A DNA stretch of 42,533 bases from a bacterium (GCA_021794425.1 JAJYQV010000037.1:1-42533); one strand, 5' to 3'; positions 1 through 8,913 are shown, counted from the first letter of the stretch. Notes: generated by a model from the sequence alone, not told the origin. Program-made: numbers and translations.

Positions 1-200
1 ACCTTTCTTTACATACGCGCGAAGCGCGCGGCGTGGCTCTACCACAATGGGCTTCACTGCGTGAAGCCCACCAAAATTTCTCTGAAACTAACCTAGTCTC
101 TGTTATTGCGGGCTACTCGGGATTCAACGTTTCAGCACCAAGCAACATAAGGGTATTCTAGCGCGTCCGAGGCAGCTTTCTCGAAGCTCCCGGGTCAGGG

Positions 201-521
201 TTAGGAAAAGCGGAACCAGGTCTGGCTCTCGGGGTTCACGCTGACAAACTCGGTATTAAGCCATTCAAAGGCTTGATGCTTCGGGCCATTCAGTGTGCTG
301 TCCTGGCTTGCGATCGTATTCGACTCAACCATGAGATCCTTCCCGGCCATGTGTGCGGCCTGCGACTGAAGCATGCCTGCGTAGAACGCCAGAGCTTTCT
401 GCCCGCCGTCTGCGCCCTTCACATAGCCCCAACGGATATAGCCCAGATCCCGGCCATCGAAGGTCTGGGTCAGATTGAAGTTGGCATCTTCCAGGGCGAT
501 GCTGAGTTCGGAGTCATCCAT
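201..521 (-). CDS. Hypothetical 106-aa protein, last gene of the S24/TM/TIR operon
   Basis: ORF 201..602 trimmed to the internal ATG (MDDSELSIAL...), 44 nt downstream of the TIR gene stop. No recognisable motif. Confidence 0.4.
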   Translation of the reverse strand: MDDSELSIALEDANFNLTQTFDGRDLGYIRWGYVKGADGGQKALAFYAGMLQSQAAHMAGKDLMVESNTIASQDSTLNGPKHQAFEWLNTEFVSVNPESQTWFRFS

Positions 522-565
522 ATGCGTATTGTATCTAGAATGAGACAAATGAGACACACTCCGCC

Positions 566-1045
566 CTACTTTCCACGAGCCCTCGCTGCTTCCTCGACCC
601 ACTTCCCAAGATTGTCTCGACCGTTGTCATTAACCCAGTCATAAATCTTCACGTAACTGGACAGCCAAGTACCATCGTTCAGCTTGATCCCATCGAAAGG
701 ACTTGCGCCCCAGTTATCGGTCGCCGAACGCTGGTCTTTCATGTTGTGGATGCGTACCCCGACAAGGCCGTTGCCGCGATTCCAGCTTTCGCGGATTTCG
801 TAGTCCACCCATGGACGAGTCGAGGTCTCCGCGCCAATCAGGACTACAGTAACCGAGGTATGACCGAGTTGATCCTTGATCCAGTTCTTGATCGCCTCAT
901 CGCCCTTGCGCTTGATTTCTTCCCACGCGACCGAGTCGATAACACCATACTCGTCTGCATCTGCGAGCAAATCGCTGTTGCGGACTTGTCCCGCACGCCA
1001 TGCGTCGCGCTCATAATGGAAGCTGAAAAATACTTTCCGTGCCAT
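566..1045 (-). CDS. TIR-like domain protein (ThsB / DUF1863 MTH538-like)
   Basis: 159 aa. The N-terminal KVFFSFHYERDAWRAGQVRN signature and the VVLIGAETSTRPWVDYEI segment are typical of the bacterial TIR-like (ThsB-type) fold family. Confidence 0.7.
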   Translation of the reverse strand: MARKVFFSFHYERDAWRAGQVRNSDLLADADEYGVIDSVAWEEIKRKGDEAIKNWIKDQLGHTSVTVVLIGAETSTRPWVDYEIRESWNRGNGLVGVRIHNMKDQRSATDNWGASPFDGIKLNDGTWLSSYVKIYDWVNDNGRDNLGKWVEEAARARGK

Positions 1046-1049
1046 AAGT

Positions 1050-1457
1050 TTAGGTGTTTAGGATAATAAGGAGCACAAGAACGTGAACCGCGAAAAGGCC
1101 GCCGTAAAAGAGGCGCATTGTGTCGGAGAATGCACAGGTATACCACGCGATTTTTGCACGATGAGACTTCGCGTCCATCGAGAAGTCGGCTTCCCCTTTG
1201 TGCTCAATTGCGTGTTCATAAAGCCTTATGTACGCGCGTTCCTGACCGAGGTAGTAGCTATCTAGGAGCCAAAAGAACGTGAGTACTGAAAGCGACACGA
1301 CAATATAAAGCCAGCTCGTCTCTTTGAACGAGAGCGCGAGCAGGGCGCTCACCAATGTCACAGCCCATCCCTTAAGGAGGAAAGAATTGCTCGCCATCCG
1401 ATTGATGGTGTTCTGAATGAATTCCAGGTGCTTTAGCTTTGAGTCGGTGGTGGCCAT
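1050..1457 (-). CDS. Small membrane protein with three predicted TM helices (possible SLATT-like effector)
   Basis: 135 aa. Hydrophobic stretches are FLLKGWAVTLVSALLALSF, WLYIVVSLSVLTFFWLL and LFYGGLFAVHVLVLLIIL. It lies 4 nt upstream of the TIR gene and 2 nt downstream of the S24 repressor gene. Confidence 0.6.
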   Translation of the reverse strand: MATTDSKLKHLEFIQNTINRMASNSFLLKGWAVTLVSALLALSFKETSWLYIVVSLSVLTFFWLLDSYYLGQERAYIRLYEHAIEHKGEADFSMDAKSHRAKIAWYTCAFSDTMRLFYGGLFAVHVLVLLIILNT

Positions 1458-1459
1458 AA

Positions 1460-2128
1460 TTATTTCGGCGTCGGCTTCTTCACCACGCTGATGACCTTGC
1501 CGCTTATCGTGAAGTCGTCGTCCTCATGCAGATAGATCGGCTCGTAGTCGTACGAGGAGTCGGCCTTGAGCACGACTTGTTCATTCGCGTCATCGCGAAT
1601 GAAACGCTTAATGGTCGCCTTATTGTCGATGATCGCTACAATGATGTCGTTATCCTTCGGCTCGGCGATTTTCGAGTCGACGATGACATAGTCGCCGTCC
1701 TCAATCTTGCGGCCGTCGATGTCGGCGCGATTCATCGAAGAACCATCGGCCTTAATCGCGTAGATACCGTCGGGCGAGCGTACTCCTGCAAGCTTGCTCG
1801 AGACGCGGAGAAATCCTTGATAGTTCGGTTCCGCAAAGATGGTCGCTGGGCCGCAATTCGCTGTGCCAATAATTGGGATGCGGAGGAGCGTCTTCGCCTT
1901 GTCCATGAGTCCTTTCGCCCATCCGGGGTTCTCCGCCCCTGCCTTGAGGACGCCACGCGGTCGGTCAATAAGAAGGAATCCCTTCTTCTGGAGCTGCATC
2001 AAATGATGCTTGATTTTCTGAGGTGAGGCATCAGTCGCGTCGATTTCCTGTGCCATCTCCCTCAGACTCATTTCGCCAAGGTTTTTCCTACGTGAAAGGG
2101 CGAGAAGTTGTTCTTGAATTGGGTGCAT
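1460..2128 (-). CDS. LexA/CI-type transcriptional repressor with S24 peptidase domain
   Basis: 222 aa. It has an N-terminal winged-helix LexA-like region, a cleavage-site-like AG, a catalytic Ser context (ADGSSM) and a Lys context (ATIKRF). It is the first gene of a 4-gene minus-strand operon. Confidence 0.8.
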   Translation of the reverse strand: MHPIQEQLLALSRRKNLGEMSLREMAQEIDATDASPQKIKHHLMQLQKKGFLLIDRPRGVLKAGAENPGWAKGLMDKAKTLLRIPIIGTANCGPATIFAEPNYQGFLRVSSKLAGVRSPDGIYAIKADGSSMNRADIDGRKIEDGDYVIVDSKIAEPKDNDIIVAIIDNKATIKRFIRDDANEQVVLKADSSYDYEPIYLHEDDDFTISGKVISVVKKPTPK

Positions 2129-2247
2129 TACATGATGTATACCATGGAATACCTAATGTCCGCAAGTCCATAAAACTTGACGGCTGTGGAGAGCAGGATT
2201 ACCCTATAGGAAGGTCGACCATTACCCGACCCTAACCCTTCCCCCGT

Positions 2248-2451
2248 ATGCCCGTACCAAAAGGAACCCGCAGTCGCAATGAAGATGGCCGTTGGCGCGA
2301 AGAACGCTCGGACGCCCTCGCGAAGAACCTTCGCAAGGACTATCCCGAGTTCAATCACGTGAACGGCAATACGAAGCTCGGTACCCTCAAGGAGAAATTC
2401 GACACCCCCTCCCTCGACGGCGTGCTCAAGGCACTTCGCAAAGAGCAATGA
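2248..2451 (+). CDS. Hypothetical small basic protein (67 aa)
   Basis: ORF with GC3-rich codon usage, divergent from the repressor gene. Its stop overlaps the next start (ATGA). Confidence 0.4.
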   Translation: MPVPKGTRSRNEDGRWREERSDALAKNLRKDYPEFNHVNGNTKLGTLKEKFDTPSLDGVLKALRKEQ

Positions 2452-2699
2452 TACGCGCCGATCAGTTCGTAGATGTGGGCGGCTTGATCTACTGCTTCTG
2501 CGACACGCCAATTGCGCGGCGAACGACGCGGCAAGAATTTGAACTCATCAAATTCCATCGCGGTCAGCCGGTGAAGACGCGGGTCGAGTACGGTGACCAA
2601 GCCAAACTCACGTGCGAGCAGTGCGGTTTCGGAGCGATCTTTCACAGCATCAAGGAATCGATAGGAGTGAGCGACGCCCTTAGCGTCTCTCTCGCCTAG
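2448..2699 (+). CDS. Hypothetical 83-aa protein with Cys pairs (CFC ... CEQC), possibly a zinc ribbon
   Basis: Internal ATG of ORF 2292..2699, forming an ATGA overlap with the upstream ORF. Followed by a strong terminator hairpin. Confidence 0.4.
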   Translation: MIRADQFVDVGGLIYCFCDTPIARRTTRQEFELIKFHRGQPVKTRVEYGDQAKLTCEQCGFGAIFHSIKESIGVSDALSVSLA

Positions 2700-2720
2700 C
2701 GATCAATCGAGCAAGTTCGG

Positions 2721-2778
2721 AACGCCCGAACAAGCGTTTGTGCCATCGGCACGAGCGTTTGTTCGGGCGTTTTCGTTT
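2721..2778 (+). terminator. Rho-independent terminator-like hairpin
   Basis: AACGCCCGAACAA (2721-2733) pairs with TTGTTCGGGCGTT (2759-2771). There is an inner GTGCC/GGCAC stem, followed by TTTTCGTTT. Confidence 0.6.
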
Positions 2779-2799
2779 ATCCCCTTAAACCAACTAATC

Positions 2800-4140
2800 A
2801 TGAATAACAAACTCAACATCGTATACGTGCCCATTACTTCCCTCCGTCACGCGGAATACAATCCGCGCGTCATCGACGACAGCACGAAGAAACCGGTGCG
2901 CGCGAGCATCGAGAAGCACGGCGTCGCCGACCCGATCGTCGCGAACGACGCGCCCGGCCGCGAAGGAGTCATCATCGGCGGCAATCTTCGGTATGAAGTT
3001 CTGAAGGATATGGGCCACGAAGAAGTGCCCGTCGTGTACATCACCATTACCGATCTCGAGAAGGAGAAAGACCTTTGCCTCCGCTTGAACAAGGCGGTCG
3101 GCGAATGGGACTTCGACCTCCTCAAGGAGTTCGACTCGTCCTTTCTCACCGAGGTCGGCTTCGGCAGCGAGGACCTCGACGATATCTTCCCAGCCGAGGA
3201 CAACCCCGAGAAATTTGATCTGGAGAAAGAACTCGAGAAGCTTGATATCACCGAGATCAAGGTGCAGAAAGGAGATATCTACGAAATCGATGGATCGAGG
3301 ATGATGTGTGGCGACTCGACCATCGAGGCCGACATGCTCACACTCATGGGCGATGCCCGTGCGGATATGTGCTTCACCGATCCGCCGTACATCCTCGACT
3401 ATCTCCACGGCAAGAAGAAAAAGAACGGCGAGGCCGTGACCGGCTTTGGCGCGAAGCGGGACCGCCGCTATCTTGAAACCGACTCCCTGCCTGACAACTT
3501 CACCGAGCTTTGGATGAGCAATGTGTCGAAGGTCGCGAAGCCGGACTTCCACATCGTCGTGTATGAGAACTGGAAGAACATCCGCACCATCTGGGGCGAG
3601 ATGGAGAAGTATTGGAAGGTGAAGAATATGCTCGTGTGGCATCTCCCGAATCGCAATCAGGGGTACGCTGGGAAGTACAAGCTTTTCAGCAAACACGACA
3701 TCGCGATGGTCGGCTCGTCGAATGAGGATGCAGAGAAACTGAACCTCGATAGCGAAGGCGAGCTTCTCGACAACGAGTACGAAGCGGCACTCTATGCCAT
3801 TTCGGGAAAACCGCACTGGGAGGGATATGAGAAAGGCAAGAAGATCCAGCCGACCGACTTCATCGAATATAAGGCCGCTGACCTTCAGTCCTCTGGTCAG
3901 GGCATCATCTTCGGCACCAAGCCGCTTGAGATCCTTATCCCGTACGTGAAGGTGCTCACGAAGCGCGATGACCTGATTGTGGAACCCTTCGGCGGAAGCG
4001 GGTCGACGCTCATCGCCTCAGTGAAGATGCACCGCCGTTGCTATCTCATGGAGAAGAGTCCCGTGTACGCTGAAGTCATAAAACGGCGTTGGGAGATGGA
4101 GACCGGGAAGAAGGCCGTTAAGATCCATGGTGCCGCCTGA
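2800..4140 (+). CDS. ParB-like nuclease domain fused to an N6/N4 DNA methyltransferase
   Basis: N-terminus: VPITSLRHAEYNPRVIDD ... IIGGNLRY (ParB/Sulfiredoxin-like). C-terminal half: motif IV FTDPPY and motif I EPFGGSGSTLIA (beta-class order). The start was taken at MNNKL because the longer ORF start (2740) lies inside the terminator hairpin. Confidence 0.8.
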   Translation: MNNKLNIVYVPITSLRHAEYNPRVIDDSTKKPVRASIEKHGVADPIVANDAPGREGVIIGGNLRYEVLKDMGHEEVPVVYITITDLEKEKDLCLRLNKAVGEWDFDLLKEFDSSFLTEVGFGSEDLDDIFPAEDNPEKFDLEKELEKLDITEIKVQKGDIYEIDGSRMMCGDSTIEADMLTLMGDARADMCFTDPPYILDYLHGKKKKNGEAVTGFGAKRDRRYLETDSLPDNFTELWMSNVSKVAKPDFHIVVYENWKNIRTIWGEMEKYWKVKNMLVWHLPNRNQGYAGKYKLFSKHDIAMVGSSNEDAEKLNLDSEGELLDNEYEAALYAISGKPHWEGYEKGKKIQPTDFIEYKAADLQSSGQGIIFGTKPLEILIPYVKVLTKRDDLIVEPFGGSGSTLIASVKMHRRCYLMEKSPVYAEVIKRRWEMETGKKAVKIHGAA

Positions 4141-4579
4141 TGACAAACAGAAATTTCTCGACGAACTCGAGAACCTGCCGATCGTCTCGGTAGTGTGCAA
4201 GCGCGCTGGTATCAGCAAAGCGACCATCTATCGCTGGGTTGAGGATGATGCTGACTTCAAGAAGAAGTACGACCGCTCGTTGAAACGCGGGCGGGATACA
4301 CTCGTCGACCATGCCGAAAGCAAGCTCGTGAAGATGGCCGACAAAGAACACTTCGGGGCGATCAAGATGATTCTCGAGGCGAACTCAAAGCGCTACTACC
4401 GACCACGCAAACCAGCTCCGTATCTTAAAGAGGCATTGCCTGTCCAAACCATACAGGTTCATGTGGTTGAGCCGCATGAATACCAGCGCGCACAGGAAGA
4501 GACGCGACGCGCGAATCAAATAAGGAGAGACGCGAGATCGAACCCCCTGACAGATCCATGGGACGAGGCATCGGCGTGA
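4127..4579 (+). CDS. Helix-turn-helix protein, phage terminase-small-subunit-like
   Basis: 150 aa with VVCKRAGISKATIYRWVEDDADFKKKY, typical of phage-derived HTH / small terminase N-termini. Overlaps the methylase gene by 14 nt. Confidence 0.55.
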   Translation: MVPPDDKQKFLDELENLPIVSVVCKRAGISKATIYRWVEDDADFKKKYDRSLKRGRDTLVDHAESKLVKMADKEHFGAIKMILEANSKRYYRPRKPAPYLKEALPVQTIQVHVVEPHEYQRAQEETRRANQIRRDARSNPLTDPWDEASA

Positions 4580-4582
4580 TAA

Positions 4583-5479
4583 CTAGCAACTTGGACTCAG
4601 TGTTTGGTTCGGATACTTCACAAGCAAGGCGTCGAGCGATGGGAACGACACCAGATACTTCGGACTGAGATTCTTCCATGCCGAGCATGAGGCGGGATAG
4701 TAGTACCTCGAGGATCCGTATGAAGATGTGTAGTATGCCGCGCTTGAAGTGTTGCTTACCTGAGTCGTTGCTGGCGTAGGCGTCGGAGCGACTTGAGGTG
4801 CTGGCGGAGGAACATCCGTGCCGTTCTTCCAGGCGAGATAGTACTTGAGCCAGTCGGTTGCAATCTCTGTCTGAGCGACGGCGACGGGTATCTTGTTACT
4901 GCATATCTGACTATGCAGATAATTCTCAAACGAGTCCTTCACGTGCGCGTTGTACTGGATCGAATATGACTCCGGAAAGAGATTCGAGATGTCATTACTC
5001 CCGCCAAGCTCGAGACTGATGATGTGATCGACTTCGTATCCGCTATGTTCCGACCATGGGATACCGTACTCAGCGAATACTTGCTGCTTCTCGCTGTCCG
5101 GTACATTACGAACGGTCTGCGTGTATCCTGAGACACAGATAACACTTGTGTCGGTCGTGAGGACTGCCCCAGGAGAGCAGTCAGGATCAGGGAGCGTTTG
5201 ATTAGCGACACATCCGCTCGTCTTCGTTCGGATACCGAAATGTGTCTGGGTTGGTGCGGTGTTCTGTACGACAGGCGAAGAAACAATGCTCTCAGGTTTT
5301 CGTATCGAAATAGATGCACTGTTTCCTACTTGGATATCGACGGATGTGCTCGCGGTTGCTGAGGAGGGAGATGTTGTCGCGGTAGTACTCAGCGAGTTCG
5401 ATGAATTTGCGGAAACTGCGAGTATGACCACCAGAAAAAATCCGCCAACAATCCAATATATCTTCCGTGTGTGCCTCAT
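4583..5479 (-). CDS. Membrane-anchored or secreted HNH-family nuclease
   Basis: N-terminal TM/signal anchor (IYWIVGGFFLVVILAV), a Ser/Thr-rich linker, an HNH core (GYEVDHIISLELGGSNDISNLFPE), a Pro/Thr linker, then a Tyr/Cys-containing C-terminal module (YYYPASCSAWKNL...). Confidence 0.65.
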   Translation of the reverse strand: MRHTRKIYWIVGGFFLVVILAVSANSSNSLSTTATTSPSSATASTSVDIQVGNSASISIRKPESIVSSPVVQNTAPTQTHFGIRTKTSGCVANQTLPDPDCSPGAVLTTDTSVICVSGYTQTVRNVPDSEKQQVFAEYGIPWSEHSGYEVDHIISLELGGSNDISNLFPESYSIQYNAHVKDSFENYLHSQICSNKIPVAVAQTEIATDWLKYYLAWKNGTDVPPPAPQVAPTPTPATTQVSNTSSAAYYTSSYGSSRYYYPASCSAWKNLSPKYLVSFPSLDALLVKYPNQTLSPSC

Positions 5480-5591
5480 GCCGCGTCAGGGTTAAGGGTA
5501 TAAGCCTGATGAACGAGTAGTACAAAGACTGTCACTGACCGTGGAACCGGGTCCAATTGCAGACCCTTGAAAAGAGACGCTCTCATGGGAA

Positions 5592-5942
5592 CTACCCGAG
5601 CAATTCCTTTTTCTTAGCGGCGAATTCTTCGTCGCTGATCATCCCCCTCTCTTTGAGAGATGCCAGTTTCTCTAAACTAGAGATGTTATCCGTCGCAGAT
5701 GCGACATTCGATCCATCTTTCGACCAGCCCACGATCAATAGTCCGTTCTTGTCTTTGAAGTTGCCCGTCGCGATCATGATGAAGTCGATGAGGGTCCAGA
5801 TGCCGAGGCCGCCGAGCGTGAAGAGCATCAGGAGGCCTGTGCCAATCTTGCCGACATAGAAACGGTGAATACCAAGACATCCGAGGAACAAAACTAGGAG
5901 GAGCGCTACTAGGCGCGACTTCTCCGATTTTCTCTGTGTCAT
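5592..5942 (-). CDS. TM2 domain protein with C-terminal SHOCT motif
   Basis: The LGCLGIHRFYVGKIGTGLLMLFTLGGLGIWTLIDFI pattern matches the TM2 domain. The C-terminal LEKLASLKERGMISDEEFAAKKKELL matches SHOCT. Confidence 0.75.
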   Translation of the reverse strand: MTQRKSEKSRLVALLLVLFLGCLGIHRFYVGKIGTGLLMLFTLGGLGIWTLIDFIMIATGNFKDKNGLLIVGWSKDGSNVASATDNISSLEKLASLKERGMISDEEFAAKKKELLG

Positions 5943-6294
5943 ATATTTCTGCTAGATGGTAAATCCATGTGGTACAGAAAACCCACCACATGGGTGAGGA
6001 CTTTCGCCCTCCATACCGGTTTCCCGATATGACCAGTCAAGGCAAGCCCCATATGATGGGTTTTCTAGCCTCGACTGGTTTTTTCGACCATGCCCAGAAA
6101 TTTCTCCCCGGGTTTAGGTCATTTTTATTCGTGTGTAGAACGTGTACATAATAGCTCGTTTTCAGCTATCGTTGTAGACCCTAGCTTAGTATTAGGGGTT
6201 TGCGAAGAGGGCCTGCCAACAGGCGGGGTCTCGTGTCGGTGGGATTCTCGGTATCGTCCGTCTATTTACACTGTGGATTATTTCATCCATAGTC

Positions 6295-6318
6295 AGTATA
6301 CCCCCTAAGGGGTATACT
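6295..6318. promoter_or_regulatory. Candidate CsoR operator
   Basis: AGTATACCCC-CTAA-GGGGTATACT is a 10-nt perfect inverted repeat with a GC tract flanked by AT, ending 8 nt before the csoR ATG. Confidence 0.55.
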
Positions 6319-6325
6319 TCATTGC

Positions 6326-6601
6326 ATGAAATATATGGATGAAGAAAGTAAAAATCGCGTCATTCGCCGACTCAAGCTGCTCGAAGGGCAGGTTCGCGGT
6401 CTCCAAAAACTGGTGGAGAACGATACGTACTGTATCGATGTCATCACGCAAACCTCGGCGGTGAAGCAGGGGCTGTCCAATGTCGAAGATATGCTCCTTG
6501 AAAACCATCTGGGCCACTGCGTACATCGCCAGATGCACTCCGGTCAGACCAAGAAAGCGAAGGAGGAAATTATCAAGGTATATAAGCTCAAGAGAAAATA
6601 A
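6326..6601 (+). CDS. csoR: CsoR/RcnR-family copper-sensing repressor
   Basis: 91 aa. The RLKLLEGQVRGLQKLVENDTYCIDVITQTSAV...HLGHC pattern (DUF156) includes the Cys/His/Cys ligand set. Confidence 0.85.
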   Translation: MKYMDEESKNRVIRRLKLLEGQVRGLQKLVENDTYCIDVITQTSAVKQGLSNVEDMLLENHLGHCVHRQMHSGQTKKAKEEIIKVYKLKRK

Positions 6602-6604
6602 TAT

Positions 6605-8908
6605 ATGGCAGAAAATATATACAAAGTAAAAGGAATGCACTGCGCGAGCTGCGTATCCCTCATTCAGAATAAGGTTGGCAAGATTCCCGGCGTTGAAAAT
6701 GTCTCAGTCGGCCTTTCGACAGAAAAGGCAAAGGTTGTGTTCAAGGATGCACCTGTCGCGCTTAATACCTTGAATTCCGCCATCTCCCCATTCGGGTACT
6801 CGTTTGAAGATACCGGCAAGACCGCCGCTCAAATGGGCATGTCGGAGATGGATCACGCACGCATGGATCATAGCCAGAGCGGAGAGAAGAACATGGCTCT
6901 CGAAATGAAGTTCATTCTCCCGATGGTTGTATTTTCTTTCGCCATGATGCTATGGGATGTATTGAGTCAAAATGGCATCGTCCCTGCGATGCCGGAAAAT
7001 GCGTACGAAGTATCCCATCATCTCATGCCGATATTCGCTTCCTTCGTTCTCTTCGGCATTGGTCGGAGATATATCAAGGCGACGTGGGTCTTCCTTAAGA
7101 CCGGGATCGCCAATATGGATACGCTCGTCGGTATCTCGACAATCGTCGCCTTTATATACTCCTTCGCAGTTACCGCATTTGAAAAACCTCTCTCCGGCCT
7201 CTTGGATGTCAGCTCCAATTTTTATGACGTAGTAATAATCGTCATCGGCCTTATCGCATTTGGCCAGTTCCTTGAAGCCAGGGCAAAAAGAAAGACTAAC
7301 GAGGCTCTCCAGAAACTCGCCGAGCTTACCAGCAAATCCGCGCTCGTCGAACGTGACGGCAAGGAGATGGAAATCCCCATCGAAAAAGTGGAAATCGGCG
7401 ATGTGGTTATTATCAAACCGAATGAGCGCGTGCCAATCGACGGCCGCGTGGTAAATGGCAACAGCAGTATCGACGAGTCGAACCTGACCGGTGAATCGGT
7501 GCCGGTGGATAAAGCCACCGGCGACATGGTATTTGCTGGTACACAGAATTTCCAAGGACTCATCAAAATCAAGGTAGAAAAAGACAGCAAGGATACGGCT
7601 CTCGCGCATATCATAAAGATCGTTGAGAACGCACAGAACTCCAAAGCTCCTATTGAAAGAATTGCAGATAAGATATCCGGTGTATTCGTGTATGTCGTTA
7701 TCGTGCTTGCAGTCTTTACCTTCGCCTCGTGGCTCATATTCGCACCGGGCACATTCGGCCTGACCAAAGCACTTGCTCTCGCTATTTCCTCAACGATGGC
7801 GGTACTCGTCATCGCGTGCCCCTGCTCACTAGGCCTTGCTACCCCGACGGCAATCATTACCGGAGTCGGGACCGGCGCACGTCGAGGCATCCTCATCAAG
7901 AACGCCGAGAGTCTCGAGAAACTCGCAAAAGTGAATGCCATCGTATTCGACAAAACTGGTACGCTTACCGAAAACAAATTGTCGATTGAGGGAATCTTCT
8001 GCGAAGATAAGAATCACGTCTGTGATGCGGAAGACAAGGAATTCAAGCGATCCATTGCATATTCCATGACCAAATCATCGAAGCATCCGGTGTCGGAAAG
8101 TGTTGCCGTTTGGCTTCGGGACTCAAGGGCAGAAGCAGTACGAGTCGAGAAAATCGAAGAGGTGCCAGGCAAGGGCGTCACTGCTGAATTCAAGGGAGAG
8201 AAGTATTACCTCGGCTCCATCGGATACATCTCCGAAGTCCTTGCTCGAAAGCCGGAGAAGGTCAGGGAGAATTTCGATATTGGTCGCTTCGAAAGCGGGC
8301 GCGAACTGTATCTCGCTAACTCGAAACAAGTACTCTCGCTGATCAAGATCCACGATACAATCAAAGCAACGGCGTCACAGGAGGTGGCAAAGCTCAGGAA
8401 GCTCGGTTTGAAAATCGTCATGGCGACCGGCGACAACAAGAAAATCGGAGAAGCCGTAGCCAAGCAGCTCGGCATCGACGAAGTGTTTGCCGAGGTAAAG
8501 CCAGAAGACAAGCTCAGAATCGTCAAAGACTTGCAGGGCAAAGGATTGAAGGTGGCGATGATCGGTGACGGGGTGAACGACTCGCCCGCACTCGCACAGG
8601 CAGACGTCGCAATCTCAATGAGCGATGGATCGGATATCGCCATCGAAAGCTCGGATATCGTGCTTCTGAATGGCGATATTGGGAAGGTCGCGGAGGCGGT
8701 GAATCTTGCGAAGAAAACGAATCGGACGGTCTGGCAGAATCTCATCTGGTCATTCGGCTACAATTCGATTGGTATTCCGGTTGCAGCGGGAATTCTCGTA
8801 CCGTTCTGGGGCTGGACGTTGAGTCCTGCCATTGCCGGAGCGATCATGGCATTCGAAAGCGTGACGGTCGTTATGAATTCGCTTCGTCTTAAGAATGCAA
8901 AACTATAA
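6605..8908 (+). CDS. copA: Copper-translocating P1B-type ATPase
   Basis: 767 aa with HMA motif GMHCASCV, TM CPC motif (ACPCSLGLATP), DKTGTLT and GDGVNDSPAL. Confidence 0.92.
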   Translation: MAENIYKVKGMHCASCVSLIQNKVGKIPGVENVSVGLSTEKAKVVFKDAPVALNTLNSAISPFGYSFEDTGKTAAQMGMSEMDHARMDHSQSGEKNMALEMKFILPMVVFSFAMMLWDVLSQNGIVPAMPENAYEVSHHLMPIFASFVLFGIGRRYIKATWVFLKTGIANMDTLVGISTIVAFIYSFAVTAFEKPLSGLLDVSSNFYDVVIIVIGLIAFGQFLEARAKRKTNEALQKLAELTSKSALVERDGKEMEIPIEKVEIGDVVIIKPNERVPIDGRVVNGNSSIDESNLTGESVPVDKATGDMVFAGTQNFQGLIKIKVEKDSKDTALAHIIKIVENAQNSKAPIERIADKISGVFVYVVIVLAVFTFASWLIFAPGTFGLTKALALAISSTMAVLVIACPCSLGLATPTAIITGVGTGARRGILIKNAESLEKLAKVNAIVFDKTGTLTENKLSIEGIFCEDKNHVCDAEDKEFKRSIAYSMTKSSKHPVSESVAVWLRDSRAEAVRVEKIEEVPGKGVTAEFKGEKYYLGSIGYISEVLARKPEKVRENFDIGRFESGRELYLANSKQVLSLIKIHDTIKATASQEVAKLRKLGLKIVMATGDNKKIGEAVAKQLGIDEVFAEVKPEDKLRIVKDLQGKGLKVAMIGDGVNDSPALAQADVAISMSDGSDIAIESSDIVLLNGDIGKVAEAVNLAKKTNRTVWQNLIWSFGYNSIGIPVAAGILVPFWGWTLSPAIAGAIMAFESVTVVMNSLRLKNAKL

Positions 8909-8913
8909 ATCAT

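Noticed and set aside
2129-2247. Search for a LexA/SOS-box operator in the divergent promoter region of the S24 repressor (TACAT-G-ATGTA at the start codon and CCTATAGG at ~2205).
   Set aside because: Only short (5-8 nt) palindromes are present, and none resembles a known SOS-box consensus. They are too weak to call.
2740-2799. Upstream extensions offered by the ORF track. This one is on the ParB-methylase. Others are 13854-13937 (htpX), 15169-15276 (lemA), 15113-15190 (recG), 30203-30427 (pseudouridine synthase), 37380-37550 (res) and 39826-39843 (DUF3800).
   Set aside because: The extensions run through terminator hairpins or neighbouring genes and encode Arg-rich junk. Internal ATGs give N-termini that match the family consensus.
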